From: Candidatus Zhuqueibacterota bacterium
Lineage (GTDB): Bacteria > Zhuqueibacterota > Zhuqueibacteria > Thermofontimicrobiales > Thermofontimicrobiaceae
Assembly (NCBI GenBank): GCA_049322915.1
Contig: JBMOPW010000011.1
Coordinates: 1-64,000 of the forward strand
Reading direction: 5' to 3'
Length of the DNA stretch: 64,000 nt
The notes beneath the pieces are model-generated. The model did no database searches and had not been told where the DNA came from. It saw only the letters and a program-made list of their open reading frames with translations. Both the position numbers and the translations under genes were made by a program. Positions 16,832 to 25,680 of the stretch are shown piece by piece (positions within the stretch are counted from its first letter, which is position 1; each line of letters begins with the position of its first letter).

Positions 16832-19753
16832 TTAAAATGTAACAGCCATCCCCAGGCGTACGCTGCGCGGCGCCGAATAGTAGGTCGGCACATTGAAATA
16901 TTCGTCCACCGTATTCGGGCCGGCTGTATCATCGGTTCGAAGCTGGGTGATGGAATAGTTTGCCCGTCCGGTATCCGTGTACACATAATTTTCGTTTTTA
17001 ATATCAAACAGGTTGTACACATTGCAGAACAGAGAGAACTGCAAGTTATTATAATAGAGCTCTTTATTCATCCGTAAATCTACATTGAACTGCGTCGGTT
17101 TTCGGTTGGAATTCTGGAACACCGTCTGCAAATTCTGAAAGCCCTGGATGCCGGAGCTGGTCGGCGTGTAAGGCAATCCGCTTCCGTACTGGGCGATGAT
17201 GCTGATTCCCCAATCCCGCGGTTTGGTGATATTCACCGACATATTCAGGGTGTGGGTCTGATCCCAATCCAGCGGGATCATCTGTTTCTCAGCTTCGCGG
17301 CCGGACTGCTGGTCGTAATAAGCTGAGTTCGGATCAGAGGCATTTCCCTCAGCGACCGAATAGGTGTAATCAAGCGCGCCGGAGACGAAACCGGAATATC
17401 GCTTTTTTAGCGCCAGCGTGATGCCGCGAACATTGCCATAGTCGCGGTTGATGTAGCGGGCGTAATAATCCTGAGCGTACGTTTTGTATATTTCGGTGCC
17501 CAGCAGATTCCGAATATCCTTGTAAAACCCGGTGATGTCGAGAGCGATATTTTCGGCAAGCTGCTGCTGCAAACCTATTTCGTAGCTCACCGTCTTCTGC
17601 GGTTCCAGGTCAGCATTACCAATTAATGTCGAAGCAACGCCGCTGCCGGGATTGACTTCAAATTCCGGATTAGTGTAGAGATAGCTGTAATTGGGAATCT
17701 GTAAAAAATGACCGTACGAAATGTGAATCACACCGCGATTGGTGATGGGATAGGCGAAACCGATGCGCGGACTGACTTGATATTTGGGACTGGTATCTTT
17801 GAACCAGTACAGGCTGCCGGTCTGAATGGCCGCACCATTGGCCGTATCGACCAGGGCAATGTTTTTCAGTGTCGTCGCCGATTCCTGCTTTTCACTATTC
17901 AGCACGATCAACCGAATCTGATCATACGATGATTTGAGCGGATCGCCGCTATTGGGATCGATCAGGGTCCGTTCGCCGGTGACCGGGTCAACGCGAACAG
18001 GCACTTTCACTCGCACAGAACCGCCGCCATCGGTGATAGCGTCGAGAATTTCATATCTGTTCGGCTTCCACAGATTGGGATCGCTCATATCGGTGAGCAA
18101 CTTGCTGTTAGGATCGAAATACTCGAACCGAAGTCCGAGGTTCACAATCATGTCCTTCAACTCAATCTTGTCCTGAATATAACATGAAAAATCTCTGGGA
18201 TAATTGGCGTAGCGATCGTGGGACAGCATGGTCACATCCGCAATCTGCGTCCTCCAGTTGGTCGACTCATCGATGATCAGGCCGTAGCTATCCAGGAACA
18301 GTTTATTCCAGCGGAATTCCGCCCCGGCCTTGACCTGATGCGCCCGAGTGACCTGGCTGGTGATTTCAAACTTGTAGATATTGGTCAGGGTGCTGCGATA
18401 GTAATGTCCCAGACTGCCGCCGCCCATGTAGAACTGATACGTGCCGGAGCGGTCAAAGCGCTTGTCTGAAACATATTCTGACGAATAGGGGTCTTCGTAC
18501 AGATACGATTTCCCGTAGTTCCAGATATTGGAAAATTTGAAGCTGTAAAAAGTCTTCTGGTTGAGCGTGTGCGTCCAGGTTAAAATATGGTTCATTGAAT
18601 TCCCGAAGCTGGTCGCGCGACCATCGGGATTGTATTTGTATTTATGCGAATAGGATTTGGATTTCGAATTATCAATGAACACATTGTAGGTCAACTTCAT
18701 GGACGGTTTCAGGCTGTAGGCCAGCTTCACCTGACCGGTGGTGGAATAATAGGCGCTCATGGGCACGTACTCGCCATCGCCGGTCTCCTCGACGATCCAA
18801 TCGGCCGGGTCTTCGCCGGGATAGGCGTTCGAATCCGCAGGGCTGTACCGCCGAATGCCATAGAGGTAGCCGTCCGTGTCGTAATGCCGGGTCGACATGA
18901 AGAAAGTCAGCTTATCGTTGGTAAACGGCACCGGCCCGCTGATGCTACCCTGATAATCCTGAATGGCGAATGGATTGATCTCATCGATATTCATAAAAAT
19001 ATCTTCGTGGTCGCTGAAATAATCCCCAATGTAGCTCCGCAATTCTCCGGAATATTTTTTACTCCCCTCTTTCGTGACGATATTCACAATGCCGGACATG
19101 GCCTGTCCGTATTCGGCATTGAACGTACCGCTCACCAATTCCAACTCCTGGATAGCCGCGTTTTCAACGGACACAGCCATGCTGGAGGAATAGGGATCGG
19201 TGACGGAAATACCATCCACGAGGTAAGTGACTTCACTGGATCGCCCGCCGCGCACGTGCATGTCACCGCCGCTGCCCTGAACCACGCCGGCCTGAAGTTC
19301 CAGGACCTGGAAGAAATTCTCCACCGGCATCTCATTAATTTCCTGAGTGCCAATTATCGAACGGCTGGAGGTGATATCTTTCTGGATGAGCGGACGTTCC
19401 GCAACAATCGTCACGGCGTCGGCCATTTCCAGAACCGTCGGTTTCATTTCAATATTGAGGTCAGTGGTCAGATTCATTTGCACGCGCACTTCCTTCACGA
19501 TGACCGTGGTGTAGCCCATCATAGACGCCTTCAGGGTGTATGTGCCCGGCGGTATATTGATGATGTAGTAATTGCCATCCATGTCGGAAGCGGCGCCCAT
19601 CGCTGTTCCTTCGATCAAAATGTTTGCGCCGGGCAGCGGGGCATCCGAATCACTGTCCTTCACCACGCCGGCAATTTTTCCCGTGGTTCCTCCATACGCA
19701 TTGATGGAAAAAAGCACGAGCAAAAGGAAAACACGTATCAAACAGGTTCGCAT
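16832..19753 (-). CDS. TonB-dependent receptor, module 2
   Basis: TTGKIAG, HVRGGRSSE, SGTFNAEYGQAMSG, SPRIGFAYP, GNADLEPQKT, C-terminal Phe. Confidence 0.9.
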   Translation of the reverse strand: MRTCLIRVFLLLVLFSINAYGGTTGKIAGVVKDSDSDAPLPGANILIEGTAMGAASDMDGNYYIINIPPGTYTLKASMMGYTTVIVKEVRVQMNLTTDLNIEMKPTVLEMADAVTIVAERPLIQKDITSSRSIIGTQEINEMPVENFFQVLELQAGVVQGSGGDMHVRGGRSSEVTYLVDGISVTDPYSSSMAVSVENAAIQELELVSGTFNAEYGQAMSGIVNIVTKEGSKKYSGELRSYIGDYFSDHEDIFMNIDEINPFAIQDYQGSISGPVPFTNDKLTFFMSTRHYDTDGYLYGIRRYSPADSNAYPGEDPADWIVEETGDGEYVPMSAYYSTTGQVKLAYSLKPSMKLTYNVFIDNSKSKSYSHKYKYNPDGRATSFGNSMNHILTWTHTLNQKTFYSFKFSNIWNYGKSYLYEDPYSSEYVSDKRFDRSGTYQFYMGGGSLGHYYRSTLTNIYKFEITSQVTRAHQVKAGAEFRWNKLFLDSYGLIIDESTNWRTQIADVTMLSHDRYANYPRDFSCYIQDKIELKDMIVNLGLRFEYFDPNSKLLTDMSDPNLWKPNRYEILDAITDGGGSVRVKVPVRVDPVTGERTLIDPNSGDPLKSSYDQIRLIVLNSEKQESATTLKNIALVDTANGAAIQTGSLYWFKDTSPKYQVSPRIGFAYPITNRGVIHISYGHFLQIPNYSYLYTNPEFEVNPGSGVASTLIGNADLEPQKTVSYEIGLQQQLAENIALDITGFYKDIRNLLGTEIYKTYAQDYYARYINRDYGNVRGITLALKKRYSGFVSGALDYTYSVAEGNASDPNSAYYDQQSGREAEKQMIPLDWDQTHTLNMSVNITKPRDWGISIIAQYGSGLPYTPTSSGIQGFQNLQTVFQNSNRKPTQFNVDLRMNKELYYNNLQFSLFCNVYNLFDIKNENYVYTDTGRANYSITQLRTDDTAGPNTVDEYFNVPTYYSAPRSVRLGMAVTF

Positions 19754-19782
19754 TTCAATTCTCCTGGTATGAATGAATAATG

Positions 19783-20703
19783 TTAAAATGTTAATCCAAT
19801 GCCGCCCTTCACCATGAATCCGCCCAGATCCAATTCACCGATCTTCAACTCATCGAAAGCGCCCTCCGACACAAATTCGTTGACCGAATGCTTCTGCGTG
19901 AAGAATTGCCAGTCGCCATCGTCGATGTTAGCTTTGGCGTAATTGTAAGCGACCTCGACATTGAACGTCAGCAAGCCCATGTGGAAATTGCTGCCGAGAA
20001 TAAGGTGGTATCCCAATGGATTGGCATTGGTGCGGACATTGGCAAACAGGTCTGACGTGTTCACGGTGACGCTATCCGCGTAGACGCCTTTTCCGTTCGA
20101 GTAAATCGATTCGTACTGCCAATGAACGTTGCTCACGATCGATGAAAAATAGAAACCCAGTCCGCCTCCGACATACAGATCGAGCTTGTCGCTCATCGGG
20201 ATGAATGGGAGCGTGTATTGCACACTGAGCAACGCAGGATTCATGCGGATCTCCTGGGAATAATCCAGGGAATGGGTAATGTCAATATCCCGATCGGGCC
20301 AGACCGGCTCTTTGTCCTGAATCGATGCGAAGTAGCGCGTACTTGCATCGGCATTGAAATGTCCCACGGTGAAGGACAGCTTTAAATTCGGCTTGAGATA
20401 ATAATTGAGGCCGAAATTAATATACGACGAACCGCCTATTTCACCGTACCCCCCGGAGAGATTCTGAAAATCCGACGAGATAAGTTTCGCATCCAGTTGA
20501 GCGATGCCGTCGTTCAGTTGGGACAGGGATGGTTTGAAATAACCATAATCAACGAACAGCGCAATCTGCTTTGTCAGTGGCGTTTCCGAGCGCGCCTGCG
20601 GCTGCATTGCCTCAGGCGGATCTATTGGATTGGGCGCGGAAAGACCAATGCTGATGATGGAACAGACCATCAGAAGCGTGACAGTTAAGACATGTTTTAA
20701 CAT
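19783..20703 (-). CDS. Hypothetical outer-membrane beta-barrel protein (OmpW/OmpA-TM-like)
   Basis: Signal peptide; amphipathic strands (LYVGGGLGFY, FNVEVAYNY); C-terminal GGIGLTF. Confidence 0.6.
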   Translation of the reverse strand: MLKHVLTVTLLMVCSIISIGLSAPNPIDPPEAMQPQARSETPLTKQIALFVDYGYFKPSLSQLNDGIAQLDAKLISSDFQNLSGGYGEIGGSSYINFGLNYYLKPNLKLSFTVGHFNADASTRYFASIQDKEPVWPDRDIDITHSLDYSQEIRMNPALLSVQYTLPFIPMSDKLDLYVGGGLGFYFSSIVSNVHWQYESIYSNGKGVYADSVTVNTSDLFANVRTNANPLGYHLILGSNFHMGLLTFNVEVAYNYAKANIDDGDWQFFTQKHSVNEFVSEGAFDELKIGELDLGGFMVKGGIGLTF

Positions 20704-20847
20704 TGGTTTCCTTTCAAATAATGAAATGACAAAATGGGCGCGGTTAAAATGACTCGAAGAGATGATTGAAAAATCACGTGCTGAACAGGGATTTGAATAT
20801 GTGGGTACATGGATTTTTTCTAACGAATGGTGTCACGTGTTATTACG

Positions 20848-20927
20848 CCTTACCCCGAACCCCTTCTCCGTGCAACGAGAAGGGGATTTTTGAATCATCG
20901 GCGCCGCTGTTTGCAGCGCCGTGATGA
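20848..20927. repeat. Intergenic hairpins (REP-like CCCCTTCTC-n8-GAGAAGGGG plus a second stem) between modules 1 and 2
   Basis: Perfect 9-bp stem at 20860-20885; imperfect stem at 20895-20927. Confidence 0.45.
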
Positions 20928-20961
20928 GGTAATATGTAATCTGCTTTGGTCAATACATGAG

Positions 20962-22014
20962 TTAGAATTCAATGCCAATTGAAAAACGCTGGGTATTTTC
21001 CAGCCGACCGAAATTGGCATAGGCATAATCGACTTTAAATTTCAGGCTGGGGCTGATTGAATAGGCAAAACCTAGTCCGACATTGGTTGGAACATAGTCG
21101 CCGCCGGTATCTTCGCCGAATACGCTGCCGCGTTCATCGTCGGTCAGAAACAGCGCCTGCCATCCCATGCGAATGAACGCCCAGTTGAAATAGGCGTATT
21201 CCATGCCGACATTCACGCTCTCGGAATTATCATTGGGATGAAGCGCATCCAGGGCGAGGGTCAATCGATTTTGACGGGTATTGATGGCTTCCATGGCAAC
21301 GCCCACGCGGAAGGTGATGGGCAGTGACCAGGATTCCATCTGCAGGTAGGCGGGAATCTGGTCATTGCTCCCATTGGCGTCCGGGTTGACATCGACGTAC
21401 TCCCGCGCATCGCGGCCGGACATGGCCATGTTGGGCCCAAAATTGGAGATGCTCATGCCAATTCTCATTCCGTTGAATTGGGTGGTGAATAACGTGCCCA
21501 CATCGAATCCCACGCCGTTGGCAGCCATGTGCCAGATATTCTGTCGGATATATTTCACACTCATGCCGATGGAGAAACGATCTGTCAGGCTTCGGGCGTA
21601 GCAAAGCGTCCCGGCAATGTCGCCGGCGTCGAACAGTTCGCCGGTGCCTTCCGGCTGCAACTCGGACCGCACCTCCATCTCACCCATGCTCACCGAGGTG
21701 AGACTCAAGGCCAGAGTTCCCAGATTGCCCATATTCACCGAGAGCGCAGCATAGTCGTAACTGATGTCGGCGAGCCACTCGGTGTGCAACAAAATGGCCT
21801 CGTTGTGGGGAAGTCGCGCCAATCCGGCCGGGTTCCAGTAGATCGCTGTGACATCGTTAGAAACAGCCACAAAGGCTCCGCCCATTCCCAGGGCGCGCGA
21901 GCCAACGCCGATTTTCAGAAACTGCGCGGCGGTGGTTCCGACCTTCGATATGGCGAAGCTATTGCCAGCCATGAATAATAAGATGCATATAAGAATCACC
22001 GAATTTTTTTTCAT
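20962..22014 (-). CDS. PorV/PorQ-family outer-membrane beta-barrel, module 1
   Basis: KVGTTAAQFLKIGVGSRALGMGGAFVA, AIYWNPAG, C-terminal RFSIGIEF. Confidence 0.85.
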   Translation of the reverse strand: MKKNSVILICILLFMAGNSFAISKVGTTAAQFLKIGVGSRALGMGGAFVAVSNDVTAIYWNPAGLARLPHNEAILLHTEWLADISYDYAALSVNMGNLGTLALSLTSVSMGEMEVRSELQPEGTGELFDAGDIAGTLCYARSLTDRFSIGMSVKYIRQNIWHMAANGVGFDVGTLFTTQFNGMRIGMSISNFGPNMAMSGRDAREYVDVNPDANGSNDQIPAYLQMESWSLPITFRVGVAMEAINTRQNRLTLALDALHPNDNSESVNVGMEYAYFNWAFIRMGWQALFLTDDERGSVFGEDTGGDYVPTNVGLGFAYSISPSLKFKVDYAYANFGRLENTQRFSIGIEF

Positions 22015-22099
22015 CTGAAACAAGCTCCTGTTTATTAAATCGGGTTAGTATGACCTCCCGGCATCAACCGCTGCAGGGAGGCGATAATATCCATTATTT

Positions 22100-25000
22100 C
22101 TACTTTATCACAGCGAATTTGCCAATGTGCTCTCCGACGCCGGGGGCATCGACATGGAAAATATAAATTCCATAGGCGACGTCCATCTGGTTTTTGGATA
22201 ATAAATTCCAGGACTCAGCGCCATCTTCGAAGGGACTGTCGTGATTGAGCGTTTGAACCAGTTCCCCGGCCAGTGTGTAGATGCGAATCGTGCACTTGGC
22301 CGGCAGATGAATGAAGTTAATTAATCGATCCCCACGACCGGATTGCAAATTGGGTTTAATTTCAAATTCCGATGCAGCGACATAGGGATTCGGCACCACG
22401 GCAATTTTATCCAATTCAGACGTGGCTGTCCTGGAATCGATATAGGCTTTCAATGTGGTGAACGAATAGCTGTCTTTTTTGCTGAACGGTTTCATCGTGT
22501 GAATATGGAAAATATCGCCGGCTTCCGGCGCAATTTTTTCCACGAAAATAGTGTCAATCGGGACTTTCAAAACAGCGCCTTCTTTATCCTTGACCGGGTA
22601 ACCCAATGCATTCAGGGAATCTTTGGTCACGATGCTGTCGCGCGGCGCGTAGAATTTCACCTGCCAGGTTCCACGCGGCCGATTATTCACGTACGTGACC
22701 GGGGAAATGACGTCGCCATCGCTGATGGAGGAATCTTTATCCGCATCGTTGAAGATGAATTCGGTCTGAACGCTGTCCGTAACATTCAGGACAAGGAATC
22801 GGGCTGGAATTTTCCCATTCACCGAAACCCCTGAAATCGTGTCGGTCAGGACAATGTAATAGTCGTAAGGCACTTCAACGCCCTGATTCGAATAGCGGGT
22901 CACTATTCCTTTGTAATTGCTGTTGCCGGAGATAAAGCGGCTATTGGCCTGATCCGGCGCCAGCGGATCGTTTTTCACACGGACGCGCATCCCATCAATG
23001 TAGGGATTATTGTCGGTGCCATCCAAAAACGTTGACTGCGGAATCAGGTAAAATTGATATTTCACATAGTAGTCGTTCTTCGGGGAAAGCGTGACCGTGT
23101 CTTTGATGACGACCCAGCCTTTGGGGCTATCCAGCGCGAATAACAATGTATCGTTGGGGAATTGGTAGGAGCTGTCAGCATTCCACAACTGGAAATATTC
23201 ATTATTTAATACATATTGATTCGCTAGATTGATCGATGCGATTCGCACGGAATCAATCGGGGTTGCCGGGTACGTCGTCGTGTCCCAGGCAATGTATTGG
23301 TAACGAACTGTGACTGGCAGTAATTCGGTAACAATATTATCGACATCCCACAGGCTGAACGTGGTGTCGCTGTCTGTTGAATCATTGAATGTCAGCGAAT
23401 AGGTATGGCCTTGTTTCACACGGGATGGGTCGATAAAATCAACGGATACATGTCCTGTGGCCGGGCCCTTGTGTTTCACCAGATCGTTTTCAATGGCTGG
23501 CGGCACGTATCCACTGGCCGGAGATTGCGGCGTGACAATTGCCGTATTGACCGTGGGGTAATAGGTGCCGGAATGAGCCGGATATTCGTCGAACACCCAG
23601 TCGCATTCTGTGGGCGGAATATCCGTGGAATCTCCGTGGTCGAAAGCGACGACAGCGTAATAATAGATCTGCCCGTTAGTCACCGTCGAATCAGTCCACG
23701 AGTGTTTCAATGGCGATTCATCATCAGCGCCCATATAGAAATGAATTCCCTCGGTCGTCTCGATGGGATGGGCGCCATACCAGCCGTCGCCGGGTTTATT
23801 GAATTGCGCCATGGGCTTGTACAATTTGGGATTCCCGTGGTTATCGGTAATCACGTAGGCATCACTCAGGCCGTGATCGGTTCCGCGGTAAATATTGTAT
23901 CCGGCAAAATCATAGCCGTGGATGGGGTCCCGGGAGCTCTCTGCGAAGTCATCCCAGTACAGTGTCACGCGACCATCTCCGGCAACAGCGTTGACGCGCG
24001 GCTTTTCCGGGGCTCGCGTGAACCGATAGCCTTCATTGTAGATGCGCTGAACCGTCTTTGCGCTTCGGAATAAATCGGGCAGGTCGTAGCCAAAAAACAA
24101 CGTGATGGAAAATCGCCGCTGATCCCCGGGTCCCATTTTAATCGGCCCGGATGCGTATTGAAATGCATTGTCCTTGGTCTGTCCGAATGTGGTATCGAAC
24201 GTGCCGGCGACCATGAGCTGCCAGGTATCTTCGTCTTGAAGCGGCGTCATGGCATTATATTCGTACACCGCAAACGAGGTCAAACCAATCTGGTCCGCTT
24301 CATCGAGATCGGTCTCGTCATAATTGGGTTCGCCGTGGGTGGGCGCTCCATCGCCTTCGCCGCGGTCCCAGGTCTCAGTGCCGTCCTGTACACCGTTTCG
24401 ATTCAGGTCTCCGCTGACGCCATCGGCGCCCACGTCGTCTGTCAGGTTATTCCAGTCCATATCATTATCCACGTCGTCCTGCATGGATTCATCCACCATT
24501 CCATCATCATCATTGTCTTTATTGTCGTAGGGTTCACCGGGGCTTTCCAGAAATTTGTATCCCAGGTATCCCGGCAGCCAGGCGTTCGGCTTGCCGCGAA
24601 AATCATGATCCCAGGCGTAAACCATGTCATAAAAAGTGTCCCACGCGCCATCGTCGTCATCGTAATCGCTGGCGCCGCCAATATGGGGATCGCCGTACAT
24701 TCCCAGATAGACTTTATTGAGCGTGTCGGCGCCGACATTTTTGACATTGTAGATGAAGAAAATACAGTCCTGCGCCAGTGTCTGATGCCACTGATAACCG
24801 CGCGATTCCACCTCTACACCCAGACCGCGGCGATTGGGATCTCCGATTGGATCCGGGAAAAAGGCAAATTCGGCGTTGGCAGCGTCGTCCATGACGTAGT
24901 AGCTCTCCTGGTCGGCGGTCTCGGAGTCAAGGCCGTATTCCGCGATCCACGAGCCATCCCACTCTGAGCTTCGATTGGGCCAGCTCACCGGCCATGTATC

Positions 25001-25489
25001 TTCGGCATCGCTCATGGCTATGTAAGGCTGGTCATATCTGGCGAAATTGGCCAACGGCTCGAAGCCCCAGGGTAATCCTGTCCGCGTGTCCGTATCGCCG
25101 CCCTCATCCAATCCTTCGGAAATTATGTGCCGGCGAAAGTTCAGCGTGTCCGTGACTTCGGCTGCGACCAGCACGCCAAATTCATACCCGTAATCGTAGC
25201 CAATGCCTTTCGGCCATACCAGCGACGCTGTGTTGCCCGGCTGGCCAATGGTGCCAAAGTTATAGAATACCGTGGAAACCTGGTTGCCGCGATGGAATCC
25301 CTCCTTGCGCCAGTCATGGCTTCCGAGTAATTTTTTTCTCAGACTTTTCTGCTGCTCACGCCATTCCTTCCACTGCTCCGGTGTTCCTTTCTTTCCGGGC
25401 CGAGGCGCTAATTGCTGAGCGGCTGTGAAGCTCGTTTGAATGAGTAGCATCGAAATGATGAGATATATCCAGCTAAGTTTTATTTTCAT
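22100..25489 (-). CDS. Large secreted protein with Asp-rich repeats, FN3-like domain and variant CTD, module 1
   Basis: Signal peptide after AAGGAG; HRGNQV..FYNFG, GYKFLESPG, DNDDDGMVDE, AGDGRVTLYW; CTD IAVVPNPY..FIHLP..IRIYTLAGELV..WNL..GKFAVIK. Confidence 0.75.
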   Translation of the reverse strand: MKIKLSWIYLIISMLLIQTSFTAAQQLAPRPGKKGTPEQWKEWREQQKSLRKKLLGSHDWRKEGFHRGNQVSTVFYNFGTIGQPGNTASLVWPKGIGYDYGYEFGVLVAAEVTDTLNFRRHIISEGLDEGGDTDTRTGLPWGFEPLANFARYDQPYIAMSDAEDTWPVSWPNRSSEWDGSWIAEYGLDSETADQESYYVMDDAANAEFAFFPDPIGDPNRRGLGVEVESRGYQWHQTLAQDCIFFIYNVKNVGADTLNKVYLGMYGDPHIGGASDYDDDDGAWDTFYDMVYAWDHDFRGKPNAWLPGYLGYKFLESPGEPYDNKDNDDDGMVDESMQDDVDNDMDWNNLTDDVGADGVSGDLNRNGVQDGTETWDRGEGDGAPTHGEPNYDETDLDEADQIGLTSFAVYEYNAMTPLQDEDTWQLMVAGTFDTTFGQTKDNAFQYASGPIKMGPGDQRRFSITLFFGYDLPDLFRSAKTVQRIYNEGYRFTRAPEKPRVNAVAGDGRVTLYWDDFAESSRDPIHGYDFAGYNIYRGTDHGLSDAYVITDNHGNPKLYKPMAQFNKPGDGWYGAHPIETTEGIHFYMGADDESPLKHSWTDSTVTNGQIYYYAVVAFDHGDSTDIPPTECDWVFDEYPAHSGTYYPTVNTAIVTPQSPASGYVPPAIENDLVKHKGPATGHVSVDFIDPSRVKQGHTYSLTFNDSTDSDTTFSLWDVDNIVTELLPVTVRYQYIAWDTTTYPATPIDSVRIASINLANQYVLNNEYFQLWNADSSYQFPNDTLLFALDSPKGWVVIKDTVTLSPKNDYYVKYQFYLIPQSTFLDGTDNNPYIDGMRVRVKNDPLAPDQANSRFISGNSNYKGIVTRYSNQGVEVPYDYYIVLTDTISGVSVNGKIPARFLVLNVTDSVQTEFIFNDADKDSSISDGDVISPVTYVNNRPRGTWQVKFYAPRDSIVTKDSLNALGYPVKDKEGAVLKVPIDTIFVEKIAPEAGDIFHIHTMKPFSKKDSYSFTTLKAYIDSRTATSELDKIAVVPNPYVAASEFEIKPNLQSGRGDRLINFIHLPAKCTIRIYTLAGELVQTLNHDSPFEDGAESWNLLSKNQMDVAYGIYIFHVDAPGVGEHIGKFAVIK

Positions 25490-25680
25490 CAGGCAAATTC
25501 TCCTTAACGATATTAGAAGATAAAGCGCGTGGTTAAAACAGAATGTCATTATGTTTTAGAATCGAATTTCAATCTATTCAGGCCTATCGTCCTGCTCCCT
25601 TTGCATCGCTTCGGGGACAGGCGAAATCCAGTCTCAGCGCTGGAATGCAATGGGCGGACGCGGCCAGTTACACCATCCGA

